61,044 bases of DNA from the NCBI GenBank assembly GCA_001824295.1, contig MHWY01000005.1, positions 304-61,347 on the forward strand, written 5' to 3'. Positions within the stretch are counted from its first letter, which is position 1. Every line of letters starts with the position of its first letter. Positions 7,647-20,848 of the stretch are shown here, in pieces. The notes below the pieces were generated by a model. That model made no database searches, was not told the DNA's origin, and saw only the letters and a program-made list of their open reading frames with translations. The DNA comes from Candidatus Zambryskibacteria bacterium RIFOXYD1_FULL_40_13. GTDB taxonomy: Bacteria; Patescibacteriota; Minisyncoccia; Phycocordibacterales; DATDWN01. Position numbers and translations under genes: made by a program.

Positions 7647-9371
7647 ATGGATATACTTAAAATACTTGTAAAAAAAGGCATTTTGCTACAAAAGGACACT
7701 GAGGAGATTTTGAAAGAATCAGAAGAGTCCGGACTTTCCATAGATGATGTACTGATTAAACGAAATATCTCTGCCGAAGACATTCTTTCTGCTAAGGGTG
7801 ATTACTATGATATTCCGGTGAAAACAATCACTGAGCAAAGTGTTCCACCAAGTCTCCTGGCCTATGTTCCAGAGGATTCTGCAACCCACTACCGCTTTAT
7901 TCCTATTGGTGTGACAGATGGTGTGCTAGAAATCGGCATGGTAAACCCAGACGATATAGAAGCGAGAGATGCTATAAACTTTATTGCTTCAAAGGTGGGG
8001 ATGCCGTTTAAGATTTTTCTTATTACACAGGCAGATTTTGCCAAGGTTTTCTCGTTGTACAAAGGTTTTACAAATGAAGTTTCAAAGTCCCTGTCTGAGC
8101 TTGAGATGGAGCTGAAGGCTGATGTAAAAAATCAAGAAGCGGTAAAAAATGAAACAAAAAATTTTCCGGATAAAAGTACCAGAATGGCAGAAGATGCCCC
8201 GATTACAAAGATTGTGGCTACTATATTGCGTTATGCTACGGACGGAAATGCTTCAGATATTCACATTGAACCATGGCGAGATAGTGTGAAGGTTCGTTTT
8301 CGTGTGGATGGTGTTATGAATACCAGCCTAGTTCTTCCGGCCAAAGTTCACTCAGCCCTCATTGCTCACATAAAGATTCTGACAAACGGAATGCGACTTG
8401 ATGAGAAACGCAAACCACAAGACGGTAGGTTTACTGCCCATGTTGAACAGAGACAGATTGATTTTCGTGTTTCTACATTTCCAACATACTTTGGAGAGAA
8501 GGTTGTGATGAGACTTTTGGACCAAGCTAAGGGCGTAAAGAAGCTGGACGATATTGTCTTGGGCAAAAGAAACTCTGACCTAGTTCACGAAGCGATTAAC
8601 AAATCCTATGGACTCATACTTATCTCTGGTCCAACCGGTTCCGGTAAAACAACGACGCTTTACTCCATGCTAAACGAAATTGACCGAGAGCATCAGAACG
8701 TTCTCTCCCTTGAAGACCCGATAGAATATAACATTGAAGGAATGTCTCAGTCACAGGTTCAGGCGGATATAGGATATACATTCGCCACAGGTCTCCGAAC
8801 AACATTAAGACAAGACCCAGACGTAATCATGGTTGGTGAGATTCGAGACAAGGAAACAGCACAACTTGCAATACAAGCAGCTCTTACCGGCCACTTGGTG
8901 TTTTCTACTATCCACACCAACAACGCCGCAGGAGTTATTCCAAGACTTATAGACATGGGAGTTGATCCATATCTTATTGCCCCAACACTCATCCTTGCCA
9001 TGGCTCAGAGACTAACACTTGGACTTTGTCCTGGTGCAGGAGAGCCTGTTCCAATAGAGGGAAGTCTCAAGATGATGATAGACAAGCAATTTAGTGACTT
9101 GCCACAGAAGTACAAAGACGAAATAGATTTTACAGATAAAGTATACAAAGCGAAGGCAACGCCCGACTGTCCAAACGGTACTCGTGGTCGTCTATCGGCT
9201 ATTGAGCTCTACAGTATGACGGATGAGCTAGAAAAAGTTATCCTAACAAACCCTACAGAAGCAGAAATTATGAAAGTTGTTAGGGCACAAGGAATGCTTA
9301 CTATGCGTGAGGATGCAATACTAAAAACGATGCACCAGATGATTCCATTTAGTGAAGTTAGTATGTTATAA
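7647..9371 (+). CDS. pilB: Type IV pilus assembly ATPase PilB (GspE family)
   Basis: 574 aa with Walker A GPTGSGKTTT, Asp/His boxes, and a C-terminal cysteine-poor GspE domain. Confidence 0.9.
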   Translation: MDILKILVKKGILLQKDTEEILKESEESGLSIDDVLIKRNISAEDILSAKGDYYDIPVKTITEQSVPPSLLAYVPEDSATHYRFIPIGVTDGVLEIGMVNPDDIEARDAINFIASKVGMPFKIFLITQADFAKVFSLYKGFTNEVSKSLSELEMELKADVKNQEAVKNETKNFPDKSTRMAEDAPITKIVATILRYATDGNASDIHIEPWRDSVKVRFRVDGVMNTSLVLPAKVHSALIAHIKILTNGMRLDEKRKPQDGRFTAHVEQRQIDFRVSTFPTYFGEKVVMRLLDQAKGVKKLDDIVLGKRNSDLVHEAINKSYGLILISGPTGSGKTTTLYSMLNEIDREHQNVLSLEDPIEYNIEGMSQSQVQADIGYTFATGLRTTLRQDPDVIMVGEIRDKETAQLAIQAALTGHLVFSTIHTNNAAGVIPRLIDMGVDPYLIAPTLILAMAQRLTLGLCPGAGEPVPIEGSLKMMIDKQFSDLPQKYKDEIDFTDKVYKAKATPDCPNGTRGRLSAIELYSMTDELEKVILTNPTEAEIMKVVRAQGMLTMREDAILKTMHQMIPFSEVSML

Positions 9372-9387
9372 TATCTCAATAAATACT

Positions 9388-9777
9388 ATGGAAAACAAAT
9401 CTCTTAAAATATTGCTAGTAGATGATGACCGTTTTCTCCTAGACATGTACTCTTTGAAGTTCAAAAAGTCTAATATTGAGACAGACCCAGTGGGAGACAG
9501 CACGACGGCTCTAGAAAAACTAAGAACAGGAAATAAATACGATATTCTTATTTTAGACATCATCATGCCAACCATGGATGGTTTAGAACTTTTGGATGTA
9601 ATTAGAAAAGAAAAGCTTGTTCCAGAGGCAACCATAATTATGCTCACAAACCAGGCGGATGATTCAGACAAAGCCAGGGCTTTGGGAGTTGACGGCTATA
9701 TTATTAAGGCAACCACCATTCCTTCAGAGGTTGTGGAGAGAGTAGTTGCTATTCATAACGATAAAAACACAAAATAA
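9388..9777 (+). CDS. Response regulator, receiver domain only
   Basis: MENKSLKILLVDDD...ILDIIMPTMDG...GYIIK, with no output domain. The stop overlaps the pilT ATG (TAATG). Confidence 0.8.
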   Translation: MENKSLKILLVDDDRFLLDMYSLKFKKSNIETDPVGDSTTALEKLRTGNKYDILILDIIMPTMDGLELLDVIRKEKLVPEATIIMLTNQADDSDKARALGVDGYIIKATTIPSEVVERVVAIHNDKNTK

Positions 9778-10844
9778 TGGCTTCTGATTACAAAAAGGAA
9801 TTTGAAAATATAATAGCCACAGTCATAAAGGAGGATGCATCTGATCTGCATTTAGCAGAAGGTCGCCAGCCAATCATTCGAAGTAGTGGTTTTCTTATAC
9901 CGTTGACAAACTATCCCATCCTGACAAAACAGGACATGAAAAGCATCTTAGACCAACTTATTGATGTTTCAAAAAAAGAGATATTTTTGGACAAAAAGGC
10001 GGTGGACTTTGCTTACTATGACTCAGCAGGTGCAAGATTTAGAGGTAATGCTTTCTATCAGTTGGGCAAGATAAGTGTTGCTTTACGCTTAATTCCAAAG
10101 AAGATCAAGACATTTGAGGAGTTACGCCTACCGTCTATTCTTGAAACTTTTGTCGGCAAACAGCAGGGGTTCTTTCTGGTTGTCGGTCCAACAGGCCAAG
10201 GTAAAAGCACTACTCTCGCCACACTCATAGAACGGATTAACCAGGAGCGCTTGGAGCACATTATTACCATTGAAGACCCCGTTGAATATGTTTTTGAGTC
10301 AAAGAAATCAATCATTGACCAGCGAGAAGTTTTACAAGACACGCCAGACTTTCACACGGCTCTTCAGGGCATGTTTCGTCAGGATGTAGACGTACTTATG
10401 ATAGGTGAGATGCGGACACCAGACGATATTTCAACAGCTGTAACGGCAGCCGAGACTGGACACTTGGTTTTCTCAACCATGCACACCAACAATGCACCAC
10501 AAACCATTGAGCGTATAATTGATTCATTTGATACAAGACAGCAGACCCAAATCAGAACCCAGTTGGCTTCTAGTCTTTTGGGGATTTTCTCTCAGAGACT
10601 TATCCCGAGAGTTTCAGGCGGTCTTATTCCAGCTGTGGAGCTTCTAATAAACAACAGCGCGGTTGCCAACCTTATTCGTGAGAATCGCGTTCATGAGATT
10701 AACTCTGTTATAGAAACCAGTTCTGACCAAGGAATGATAGATATGAATAGATATTTGAGTGATTTGGTGGGCGCTGGAGAGATAACAATAGAAAACGCCT
10801 ATCTATACTCACCAAATTCAAAAAGTCTAGATAGAATGTTATAA
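9777..10844 (+). CDS. pilT: Twitching-motility ATPase PilT
   Basis: 355 aa with Walker A GPTGQGKSTT and the PilT-type motifs TIEDPVEY and GHLVFSTMHTN. Confidence 0.9.
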   Translation: MASDYKKEFENIIATVIKEDASDLHLAEGRQPIIRSSGFLIPLTNYPILTKQDMKSILDQLIDVSKKEIFLDKKAVDFAYYDSAGARFRGNAFYQLGKISVALRLIPKKIKTFEELRLPSILETFVGKQQGFFLVVGPTGQGKSTTLATLIERINQERLEHIITIEDPVEYVFESKKSIIDQREVLQDTPDFHTALQGMFRQDVDVLMIGEMRTPDDISTAVTAAETGHLVFSTMHTNNAPQTIERIIDSFDTRQQTQIRTQLASSLLGIFSQRLIPRVSGGLIPAVELLINNSAVANLIRENRVHEINSVIETSSDQGMIDMNRYLSDLVGAGEITIENAYLYSPNSKSLDRML

Positions 10845-10851
10845 AATCACT

Positions 10852-12057
10852 ATGATTTTCAAATATAAAGCACTTACAGATAAAGGCGAAAAGACGGAGG
10901 GGGTCATTGAGTCCTTCAATGTGGATATCGCCATAAATCAACTTCAAAAAAGAGGTCTGATTATTTCTGAAATACACGATACAGAGGAGAAAAAATTCCA
11001 ATTTCCTCTCATGTCTTTTTTAAACCATGTATCAAACAAAGATATCGTTATTTTGTCCCGTCAGATGTCAACTTTGTTTCAAGCCCAGATTTCTGCTCTT
11101 AGGGTTTTCCGATTACTTGGCTCACAGACCGAGAATCCTGCCCTGAAGAAATGCCTAACTTCTATTGCTGATGACCTCCAGGGTGGTAGTGCTATCTCTG
11201 TGGCTTTGTCAAAATACCCCGATATTTTCTCTACATTTTATGTAAACATGATTCGTTCTGGAGAAGAGTCCGGTAAATTAGACGAAGTCTTCAGTTACTT
11301 GGCTGACTATCTTGATAGAACTTATGAGGTAACAACAAAAGCAAAGAACGCCTTAATATATCCAGCCTTTGTTATCTCTACATTTATTGGTGTTATGGTT
11401 TTGATGCTTACTGTTATTATTCCTAAAATCGCCCTGATGATTACTGATTCTGGTCAGGCCATTCCTTTCTATACGAAAATAGTGCTTATGATCAGTAGTA
11501 TTTTCGTAAATTACAGCATATTCCTTGCTTTGGGAATAGTAATCTTAGTTTTTGTTCTATGGAGGTTTTACCACACAAAAGAGGGGGCGATTTTCTTTGA
11601 TGATATGCGTCTTAATCTGCCATATTTAGGGAACCTTTACAGAAAACTTTACCTTTCTCGTATCGCAGACAACCTAAACACCATGATTATGAGTGGAATT
11701 CCTATACTGAAGGCTCTGGAAGTGACATCTTCTGTGGTTGATAACCGTATTTACAAGGCTATTCTTGACGATACTCTAAACAAGGTTCGAGAAGGGGTCT
11801 CTTTGTCTAACGCATTTGGTCAGTACAAGGAAATTCCAAATATCATGACCCAGATGGTTCAGGTGGGGGAAGAAACAGGAGAACTCGGCAGTATTTTGAA
11901 ATCTTTGGCAAAATTCTACCAACGAGAAGTGAACACAGCGGTAGATACCCTGGTTAGTCTCATAGAGCCAATCATGATTGTTGGTTTGGGCCTCGGTGTG
12001 GGGGTACTTTTGGCTTCGGTGCTTATGCCGATTTACAATATTGCTTCAGGTGTCTAG
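10852..12057 (+). CDS. pilC: Type IV pilus platform protein PilC (GspF family)
   Basis: 401 aa with duplicated GspF domains and three hydrophobic segments. Confidence 0.9.
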   Translation: MIFKYKALTDKGEKTEGVIESFNVDIAINQLQKRGLIISEIHDTEEKKFQFPLMSFLNHVSNKDIVILSRQMSTLFQAQISALRVFRLLGSQTENPALKKCLTSIADDLQGGSAISVALSKYPDIFSTFYVNMIRSGEESGKLDEVFSYLADYLDRTYEVTTKAKNALIYPAFVISTFIGVMVLMLTVIIPKIALMITDSGQAIPFYTKIVLMISSIFVNYSIFLALGIVILVFVLWRFYHTKEGAIFFDDMRLNLPYLGNLYRKLYLSRIADNLNTMIMSGIPILKALEVTSSVVDNRIYKAILDDTLNKVREGVSLSNAFGQYKEIPNIMTQMVQVGEETGELGSILKSLAKFYQREVNTAVDTLVSLIEPIMIVGLGLGVGVLLASVLMPIYNIASGV

Positions 12058-12217
12058 GGTTTTTAACAGCCCTGTTTATCCACAGGGGTTCTTCCAATAT
12101 CCTAGATAGAGCCGTATAATATAGATACTCGTTTATTAAAACGGTAATCTCTGACAATAGAGAGGTCGACCAACAATTATATTATAAAGTTTCATTTAAT
12201 AAATCATTAAATAAAAT

Positions 12218-12712
12218 ATGAAAAAAGGATTAAATCGAGGTTTTACACTTATTGAGTTGTTAGTTGTTATCGCAATCATTGGTATTCTTTCATCTGTCGT
12301 TTTGGCAAGTCTTAACACAGCTAGAACAAAAGGTGCTGACGCAGCTATAAAGGCTGACCTTAACAACATAAGAGCCCAGGCAGAGCTATATTATGACAAT
12401 ACAAGTTCTTCTTATGGCTCTCTACCGCTTACTCAGGGAGCTTGCCCAACTGCATATGCCGCTGGCGCAACCAACTTATTTGCTGGTGATCAAAACATTG
12501 TACAAGCCATTAATCATGCAGATGCACAAGGAGGAGATTCATCATGTGTAACTATTGGCACCCCCGCAACAGCTTATGCTGTGGCCGTACAGCTAAAGAC
12601 GGGAGGTCAGGTATGGTGTGTTGACAGTTTTGGTCAATCAAAACAGGTTACAGCAGCATCAGCTGCCCTAGCTATTACAGCAGCTACAGCTACTTGCGTT
12701 GCTGGATCATAA
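12218..12712 (+). CDS. Major type IV pilin (prepilin with G|F cleavage motif)
   Basis: MKKGLNRGFTLIELLVVIAIIGIL..., 164 aa, followed by a strong terminator. Confidence 0.85.
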   Translation: MKKGLNRGFTLIELLVVIAIIGILSSVVLASLNTARTKGADAAIKADLNNIRAQAELYYDNTSSSYGSLPLTQGACPTAYAAGATNLFAGDQNIVQAINHADAQGGDSSCVTIGTPATAYAVAVQLKTGGQVWCVDSFGQSKQVTAASAALAITAATATCVAGS

Positions 12713-12734
12713 ATCTACAGTTAGTTAAACAAAC

Positions 12735-12761
12735 AAAAAGACCGGCTTGCCGGTTTTTTTG
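12735..12761 (+). terminator. Rho-independent terminator after the pilin gene
   Basis: aaaaagACCGGcttgCCGGTttttttt. Confidence 0.7.
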
Positions 12762-12889
12762 TTTTCGTTTATACATTTTCAGTGTATAATAAATAAGTCG
12801 AAAGTAAAAAGTTTATAAAGTTCATAAAGAAAAAATAGAATACTTTATAAATTTTTAGCTTTTATTGGCTTTATAACTTTATAGACTTT

Positions 12890-13741
12890 ATGGACTTTCT
12901 AACTTATGTATATATTTTTATATTAGGTACTCTTATTGGTAGTTTTATAAATGTTGTAGCAATGCGGTTTAATACTGGGCTTTCTATTTATAACAGTCGG
13001 TCAAAATGCTTTAGTTGTAGCAGAGAACTAGCGTGGTACGAGCTAATTCCCATTTTTAGCTACTTTTTTCTTCTTGGAAAATGTAGAAGTTGTAAGAGCG
13101 GTATATCGCTACAATATCCCTTTGTAGAGCTTCTGACTGGTCTTGTTTTTGTGGCTATTGCTCTAAGACAAGTGGGGTTGTGGTCAACATACAGTGCTTT
13201 TGACAACGGACTCCTTTTGTCTATCTTATTCTTCGTATTTTACGCCGTGGTTTTCAGTTTGCTAATAGTTATTATGCTTTACGACATTCGTCACAAAATA
13301 ATTCCAAATGCTTTGGTCTATACCCTCATCGTCTTAAGTGTTGTTAAGCTTCTATCTTTCTTGTACCTCAAGGGCTTCACCTTATCAGTTGCGGACTGGT
13401 TTGATCTTGGCACCCCGTTTCTTCTTTTCATTCCTTTTGCCTTGTTGTGGTTCATGTCAGGGGGAAAGTGGATAGGGTTTGGTGATGCAAAACTAGTTTT
13501 CGGAATCGGTGCTTTGACCGGTTTTGTCTTCGGAGTTGGGTCAATAGTCTTGGCTTTCTGGATTGGGGCCGTATGGAGCATCGGACTTATGATTTATAGT
13601 AAATATAACAAGGGGCACAAAGTAACGCTTAGAACCGAGATTCCATTTGCTCCGTTTCTAATATTGTCTACTATTATTGTTTTTGTTACGCGTATTGACG
13701 TGGTTGGATTGCAAAACTTAATAGAACTTTTTTATCAATAG
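12890..13741 (+). CDS. pilD: Prepilin peptidase PilD (A24 family)
   Basis: 283 aa, polytopic, with N-terminal Cys motifs CFSC...CRSC and the GFGDAKL active-site motif. Confidence 0.85.
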   Translation: MDFLTYVYIFILGTLIGSFINVVAMRFNTGLSIYNSRSKCFSCSRELAWYELIPIFSYFFLLGKCRSCKSGISLQYPFVELLTGLVFVAIALRQVGLWSTYSAFDNGLLLSILFFVFYAVVFSLLIVIMLYDIRHKIIPNALVYTLIVLSVVKLLSFLYLKGFTLSVADWFDLGTPFLLFIPFALLWFMSGGKWIGFGDAKLVFGIGALTGFVFGVGSIVLAFWIGAVWSIGLMIYSKYNKGHKVTLRTEIPFAPFLILSTIIVFVTRIDVVGLQNLIELFYQ

Positions 13742-14362
13742 ATGTTTATTAAACGCTCACATAAAAAGGGATTTACTCTGGTGGAAGCTCTTGTTTCTGT
13801 CAGTATTGTGACCCTAATAATGTCCTCAGTTCTGTTTAATTACGTTGCTTTTAACGACGACCTGGCTCTAGGTTCTGCTGGTCAGGAATTAGCTATTTCG
13901 GTCAGGCAAGCTCAGACATACGGCTTAACTGTGAGAGAGGTGACAAAAGACATCACTGCTGGTGGAAGATTTAGTTCGGCTTATGGCATTCATTTTAATG
14001 TTGGAGCTTCAGAGTATTATATTTTTGCCGACCTAGATGGAGACGGTGCTTATGATGAGGGTGGTGGTTGTGGTAGTGGTCTGGGCGGTGGGACTGAGTG
14101 TGTAGAAAAAATTACACTAAGAAACAGCATAACTATTTACGGTGTTTGTGACGCAACCTGTCCAACATCTGGAAGTGCAATGATGAGTGTCACCTTTTTA
14201 AGGCCAAATCCTGATGCAAGGGTTTTCATAGCTGATAGCGTTGGTCTGCCATCACCCGGTGCGTCACTTACGGGAAAAGTGGTTTTAACCTCACAGAGAG
14301 GGAAAAGACTCATCATAACCATTGAAAACACGGGGCAAGTATTGGTGGAACAAATAAGTTAA
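13742..14362 (+). CDS. Minor pilin / pseudopilin (prepilin-type N-terminus)
   Basis: KKGFTLVEALVSVSIVTLI N-terminus. Confidence 0.7.
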   Translation: MFIKRSHKKGFTLVEALVSVSIVTLIMSSVLFNYVAFNDDLALGSAGQELAISVRQAQTYGLTVREVTKDITAGGRFSSAYGIHFNVGASEYYIFADLDGDGAYDEGGGCGSGLGGGTECVEKITLRNSITIYGVCDATCPTSGSAMMSVTFLRPNPDARVFIADSVGLPSPGASLTGKVVLTSQRGKRLIITIENTGQVLVEQIS

Positions 14363-14369
14363 TTTCAAA

Positions 14370-15029
14370 ATGAAGAAAATAAAGACAAAAAATAAAAATA
14401 ATGGATTTACACTAGTAGAACTTATGGTTTCTATCACTATTTTTACTGTTATTATGGTTATAAGTATGGGCTCTATTCTTACAATATTTGATGCCAACAA
14501 GAAATCTCAGTCCCTTCGAACTGTTATGGATAACCTAAATTATTCCCTTGAAGCCATGACAAGAACAATCAGATTCGGAACGGATTATCATTGTAACACC
14601 AACACTGGTGTAATAACTGAGCCTAGAGATTGTAATGGTTCTGATACTTTGGTGGTGGGTGAGGACACGACTATACGTTTTGTTGCCTCCTCAATGGCGG
14701 TTAAGGCACCGGACACTAGTGGTGGACCCATTGTTCAGAGAACTGTAGAGTACAAACTAGACATATCACCGCTAGACGGAAAGGGAAGGATTGTTAGGTC
14801 AATTGATGGTGGTCCAGAAAACCCCGTTACATCTTCTGATGTTAATATTACAGACTTGAGATTTAGAGTTATTGGTTCAACCTTGTATTCCGAAGAACCA
14901 TCTGATCCAGATACATCCCAACCTATGGTTATAATTACAGTTGGTGGTTTTGCCGGAGTGAAAGCTACAACAAAATCAACATTTGTATTGCAGACCACGG
15001 TTTCTCAGAGAATGTTTGATTCACAATAA
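14370..15029 (+). CDS. Minor pilin / pseudopilin (prepilin-type N-terminus)
   Basis: NNGFTLVELMVSITIFTVI N-terminus. Confidence 0.7.
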   Translation: MKKIKTKNKNNGFTLVELMVSITIFTVIMVISMGSILTIFDANKKSQSLRTVMDNLNYSLEAMTRTIRFGTDYHCNTNTGVITEPRDCNGSDTLVVGEDTTIRFVASSMAVKAPDTSGGPIVQRTVEYKLDISPLDGKGRIVRSIDGGPENPVTSSDVNITDLRFRVIGSTLYSEEPSDPDTSQPMVIITVGGFAGVKATTKSTFVLQTTVSQRMFDSQ

Positions 15030-15031
15030 AT

Positions 15032-15619
15032 ATGAAAAAAGGACAAAGACAAAACAAAATGCAAAAAATAAAACAGGCTGGGTTTACCTTAGTTGAGACA
15101 TTGGTGGCTATTAGTATATTAACTCTCTCTATCGTGGCCACATTTACTGCAGTCCAGAACGGGATACAAAATTCAACTATTGCAAAAGACCAAACAACCG
15201 CTTTTTACCTAGCACAAGAAGCCATGGAGTTTATAAAAAACAAGAGGGATGAGAACGCTCTTAAGTCTATAAGTGGGGAGACAAATAATTGGCTGACAAA
15301 ACTTTCCTTTGAGCCGAACGACCCTTGTTACTTCGGTAGGGCGTGTAGGGTTGATTTGACAGCTAACAACAATGATGAAATTGTTTATTGTGGCAGTAAT
15401 AACTTTAGTGATTGTCCAGTTTTAAACCAAAACACAGTTACTAGTTTGTTTGGATATTCCTCAGATGCTGATTGGGAGCCAAGCATATTTAAGAGAGGGA
15501 TAAAATTCAGAGAGATTTCTTCTGGAACAGAAGTTGAGGTCACTATAGAAATGAGTTGGACAAGCCGGTGGGGTACAAAGTCATTCCAGGTAACTGAGAT
15601 ATTGCTTAATCGTCAATAA
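15032..15619 (+). CDS. Minor pilin / pseudopilin (prepilin-type N-terminus)
   Basis: QAGFTLVETLVAISILTLS N-terminus. Confidence 0.7.
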   Translation: MKKGQRQNKMQKIKQAGFTLVETLVAISILTLSIVATFTAVQNGIQNSTIAKDQTTAFYLAQEAMEFIKNKRDENALKSISGETNNWLTKLSFEPNDPCYFGRACRVDLTANNNDEIVYCGSNNFSDCPVLNQNTVTSLFGYSSDADWEPSIFKRGIKFREISSGTEVEVTIEMSWTSRWGTKSFQVTEILLNRQ

Positions 15620-15651
15620 TAAATGCCAGTATAAAGTATAATGTATAAAGT

Positions 15652-18230
<2,579 letters not shown>

Positions 18231-18249
18231 TTATGTTATTATCAAAATC

Positions 18250-18531
18250 ATGACACTAACTAAAAAAGATATTCAAAATCTGGGGAGTCTCGCTCGTATT
18301 GGTATCTCCGAGGAGGAGGCAGAAAAGCTTACTCCGGAGATTGACTCAATATTGGGTTATGTTGGACAAATAAAAGATGCAGTTGGAGATGTAGAAAAAA
18401 GAGTTTCAGCTCACCGCAATGTTATGCGTGAAGATATTCCAACAAATGAACCAAGGCAATATACAGAAGATGTTATGAGCAATGCACCCTCTAGAGAAGG
18501 AGATTATCTAAAAGTAAAAAAGATTTTATGA
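18250..18531 (+). CDS. gatC: Glu/Asp-tRNA amidotransferase subunit C
   Basis: 93 aa, LARIGISEEEAEKL...ILGYVGQI pattern, overlapping the gatA start. Confidence 0.85.
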   Translation: MTLTKKDIQNLGSLARIGISEEEAEKLTPEIDSILGYVGQIKDAVGDVEKRVSAHRNVMREDIPTNEPRQYTEDVMSNAPSREGDYLKVKKIL

Positions 18532-19946
18532 TTGATATTCGAAACTTAACAATAAAAAAAGCGCGAAAACATCTTGATGATAAGGATTTTTCTGCAAGGC
18601 AACTTGCCGAGGCTTATCTCGAAGAGATTTCAAAGGTAAATACCGATCTAAATGCTTACCTTGAGGTTTATAAAGATGTTTTGGAGCAGGCTGATGTTGC
18701 AGATAAAAAAATAGCGAAAGGAGAAATATCCCCACTAACAGGCATACCGCTTGCAATAAAAGATAATATTTTGATAAGTGGTAAACATGCGAGCGCTGGC
18801 TCAAAAATTCTAAAGGGCTACATTGCCACATACGATGCCACAGTTATTAAAAAACTAAAAGACGAAGGGGTTGTATTCATTGGACGCACAAATATGGATG
18901 AGTTTGCCATGGGTAGTTCTACAGAAAACTCGGCTTTCGGTCCTACAAAGAACCCACTTGATAAAACAAGAGTGACGGGGGGTTCCTCTGGCGGTTCTGT
19001 TGCAACGGTAAAAATGAATGGGGCATTGTTTGCTCTTGGTTCAGATACTGGTGGTTCGGTTAGACAGCCAGCATCGTTTTGTGGTGTTGTGGGTTTGAAG
19101 CCCACATATGGAAGTGTATCCCGATATGGCCTCATGGCTATGGGCTCATCCTTGGATGTGATAGGGCCAATCACAAAGACCGTCACTGATGCTGAGATTG
19201 TTTTTAATTCTATAAAAGGTAAAGACGAGTTTGATAGTACTTCACAAAATGAAGAAGGAATAAATAACAAAAAAACTCCAAAAGTAATCGGTGTTCCATA
19301 TCACATATTGGAAGGCGGTGGTATGTCAAAGGAAGCTCTCAATAGTTTTAAGGAATCAATACAGAAACTTGAGGGCCTTGGCTATGAGATTAGAGATATA
19401 AAATTACCGAATATTGGATATTCTCTGGCTGTTTATTATGTCATCATGCCAGCAGAGGTCTCTTCAAATCTTGCGAGGTTTGATGGGGTGAAGTACGGAC
19501 TACATATTGACGGCAAAGATTTGCTTGACGATTATTTGAAAACTCGTGGAGAAGGTTTTGGTAAGGAGGTTCGCAGAAGAATACTTATCGGCACTTATGT
19601 TTTATCTGCTGGATATCATGACGCATATTACAATAAGGCCATAACACTTAGGCAGAAAATAACAGACGAGTTTATAAAAATGTTTGAAGAGGTTGATGTT
19701 ATTGTTACACCCACAACACCGGGGCCAGCATTCAAAATAGGGGAGATAGTGAATGACCCTCTGGCGATGTACCTTGAGGATATATTTACAGTGCCGGCAA
19801 ATATTTCTGGTATTCCAGCTATGTCTGTGCCCGCTGGTACGGTAGAGGTAGATGGGGTTTCTTTGCCCCTTGGGTTGCAGATAATGGCACCACACAACTG
19901 TGAGAATTTGCTATTTGAAGTTGGCAAGAAATTTCTGGGTGAGTAG
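18528..19946 (+). CDS. gatA: Glu/Asp-tRNA amidotransferase subunit A
   Basis: 472 aa with the amidase signature GGSSGGS...GSDTGGSVRQPA. Confidence 0.93.
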   Translation: MIDIRNLTIKKARKHLDDKDFSARQLAEAYLEEISKVNTDLNAYLEVYKDVLEQADVADKKIAKGEISPLTGIPLAIKDNILISGKHASAGSKILKGYIATYDATVIKKLKDEGVVFIGRTNMDEFAMGSSTENSAFGPTKNPLDKTRVTGGSSGGSVATVKMNGALFALGSDTGGSVRQPASFCGVVGLKPTYGSVSRYGLMAMGSSLDVIGPITKTVTDAEIVFNSIKGKDEFDSTSQNEEGINNKKTPKVIGVPYHILEGGGMSKEALNSFKESIQKLEGLGYEIRDIKLPNIGYSLAVYYVIMPAEVSSNLARFDGVKYGLHIDGKDLLDDYLKTRGEGFGKEVRRRILIGTYVLSAGYHDAYYNKAITLRQKITDEFIKMFEEVDVIVTPTTPGPAFKIGEIVNDPLAMYLEDIFTVPANISGIPAMSVPAGTVEVDGVSLPLGLQIMAPHNCENLLFEVGKKFLGE

Positions 19947-19996
19947 AAGCGTATAATTATCTAGATACAAAGCACTAGCTACTGTATACTAATGAT

Positions 19997-20686
19997 ATGG
20001 CAGACGAAAAAAAACCAGAGGCAAAACCAGCACCAGAACCTACTTCATGGCTGGCACATGAGGATCCCTTTATTGAGCTTGTTTGGACTCTGCTTGCTAT
20101 TTTTGTCATCATGTATTTGCTAAGCTGGTTTACTTCGGCAATCCGTTCTGGGGCCCCTTCTATTATGGGGTTTAATAATATTGATTATAAAAGTTTATTG
20201 GCCACTCTTAAGTGGATATTTACGATATTTCAGATAGTATCAGTTTTAGTTTCTGCTTTACTTATTGGGTGGGCGGTTTATCTCTATAGAAAAATATCCG
20301 AACTTCGAGTAGAAGAAGCAAAAAAATACTCTCCTCCTGAGGTTGTGTCACCAGATGAAAATGCAGAGTTGCATAATCCACAGTGGGATAGGGTATTGAA
20401 TCACATAGAATCACAAAACGAGGGTGATTGGCGACTGGCCATACTTGAGGGAGACATTATGCTGGAAACATTACTTAGTAACATGGGGCTTCCTGGGGAG
20501 ACCGTGGCAGATAAACTCAAAGCGGTTGAAAAAAGTGACTTTAATACTATTGATAACGCATGGGAAGCACACAAGATTAGAAACCAGATTGCTCACGAAG
20601 GTGGAACCTTTGTTATAAGTCAGCACGAAGCCAAGAGGGTGGTATCTCTCTATCGGTCTGTTTTTGAAGAATTTAAGATTATATAA
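19997..20686 (+). CDS. Hypothetical membrane protein
   Basis: 229 aa with two or three N-terminal TM helices and a soluble C-terminal domain. TATACT lies 6 nt upstream of the ATG. Confidence 0.5.
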   Translation: MADEKKPEAKPAPEPTSWLAHEDPFIELVWTLLAIFVIMYLLSWFTSAIRSGAPSIMGFNNIDYKSLLATLKWIFTIFQIVSVLVSALLIGWAVYLYRKISELRVEEAKKYSPPEVVSPDENAELHNPQWDRVLNHIESQNEGDWRLAILEGDIMLETLLSNMGLPGETVADKLKAVEKSDFNTIDNAWEAHKIRNQIAHEGGTFVISQHEAKRVVSLYRSVFEEFKII

Positions 20687-20715
20687 TTGATTGAATGGTT
20701 TGTTTGTGATACAAT
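20687..20715 (+). promoter_or_regulatory. Putative sigma-70 promoter of the tRNA cluster
   Basis: TTGATT, 17 nt spacer, TACAAT (preceded by TGA), about 28 nt upstream of the first tRNA. Confidence 0.5.
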
Positions 20716-20742
20716 CAAACCGCTGTCAAATATTGGCTCAAT

Positions 20743-20813
20743 AGCGGGGTAGAGAAGCAGTATCTCGGTAGGCTCATAACCTGCAGACCCACGTGCAAAT
20801 CGTGGCCCCGCAA
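20743..20813 (+). tRNA. tRNA(CAU), initiator-like (acceptor AGCGGGG/CCCCGCA with a 1:72 A-A mismatch)
   Basis: AGCGGGG TA GAGA AGCAGTA TCTC G GTAGG CTCATAA CCTGC AGAC CCACG TGCAAAT CGTGG CCCCGCA A. The T-loop is TGC (not TTC) and the D-loop lacks GG. Confidence 0.65.
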
Positions 20814-20848
20814 CAAGAAGAAAAGCTCTCGAAAGAGAGTTTTTCTGT

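Noticed and set aside
18250-19946. Absence of gatB after gatC-gatA.
   Set aside because: gatB is often encoded elsewhere in the genome. The window cannot show absence, so this is not reported as an anomaly.
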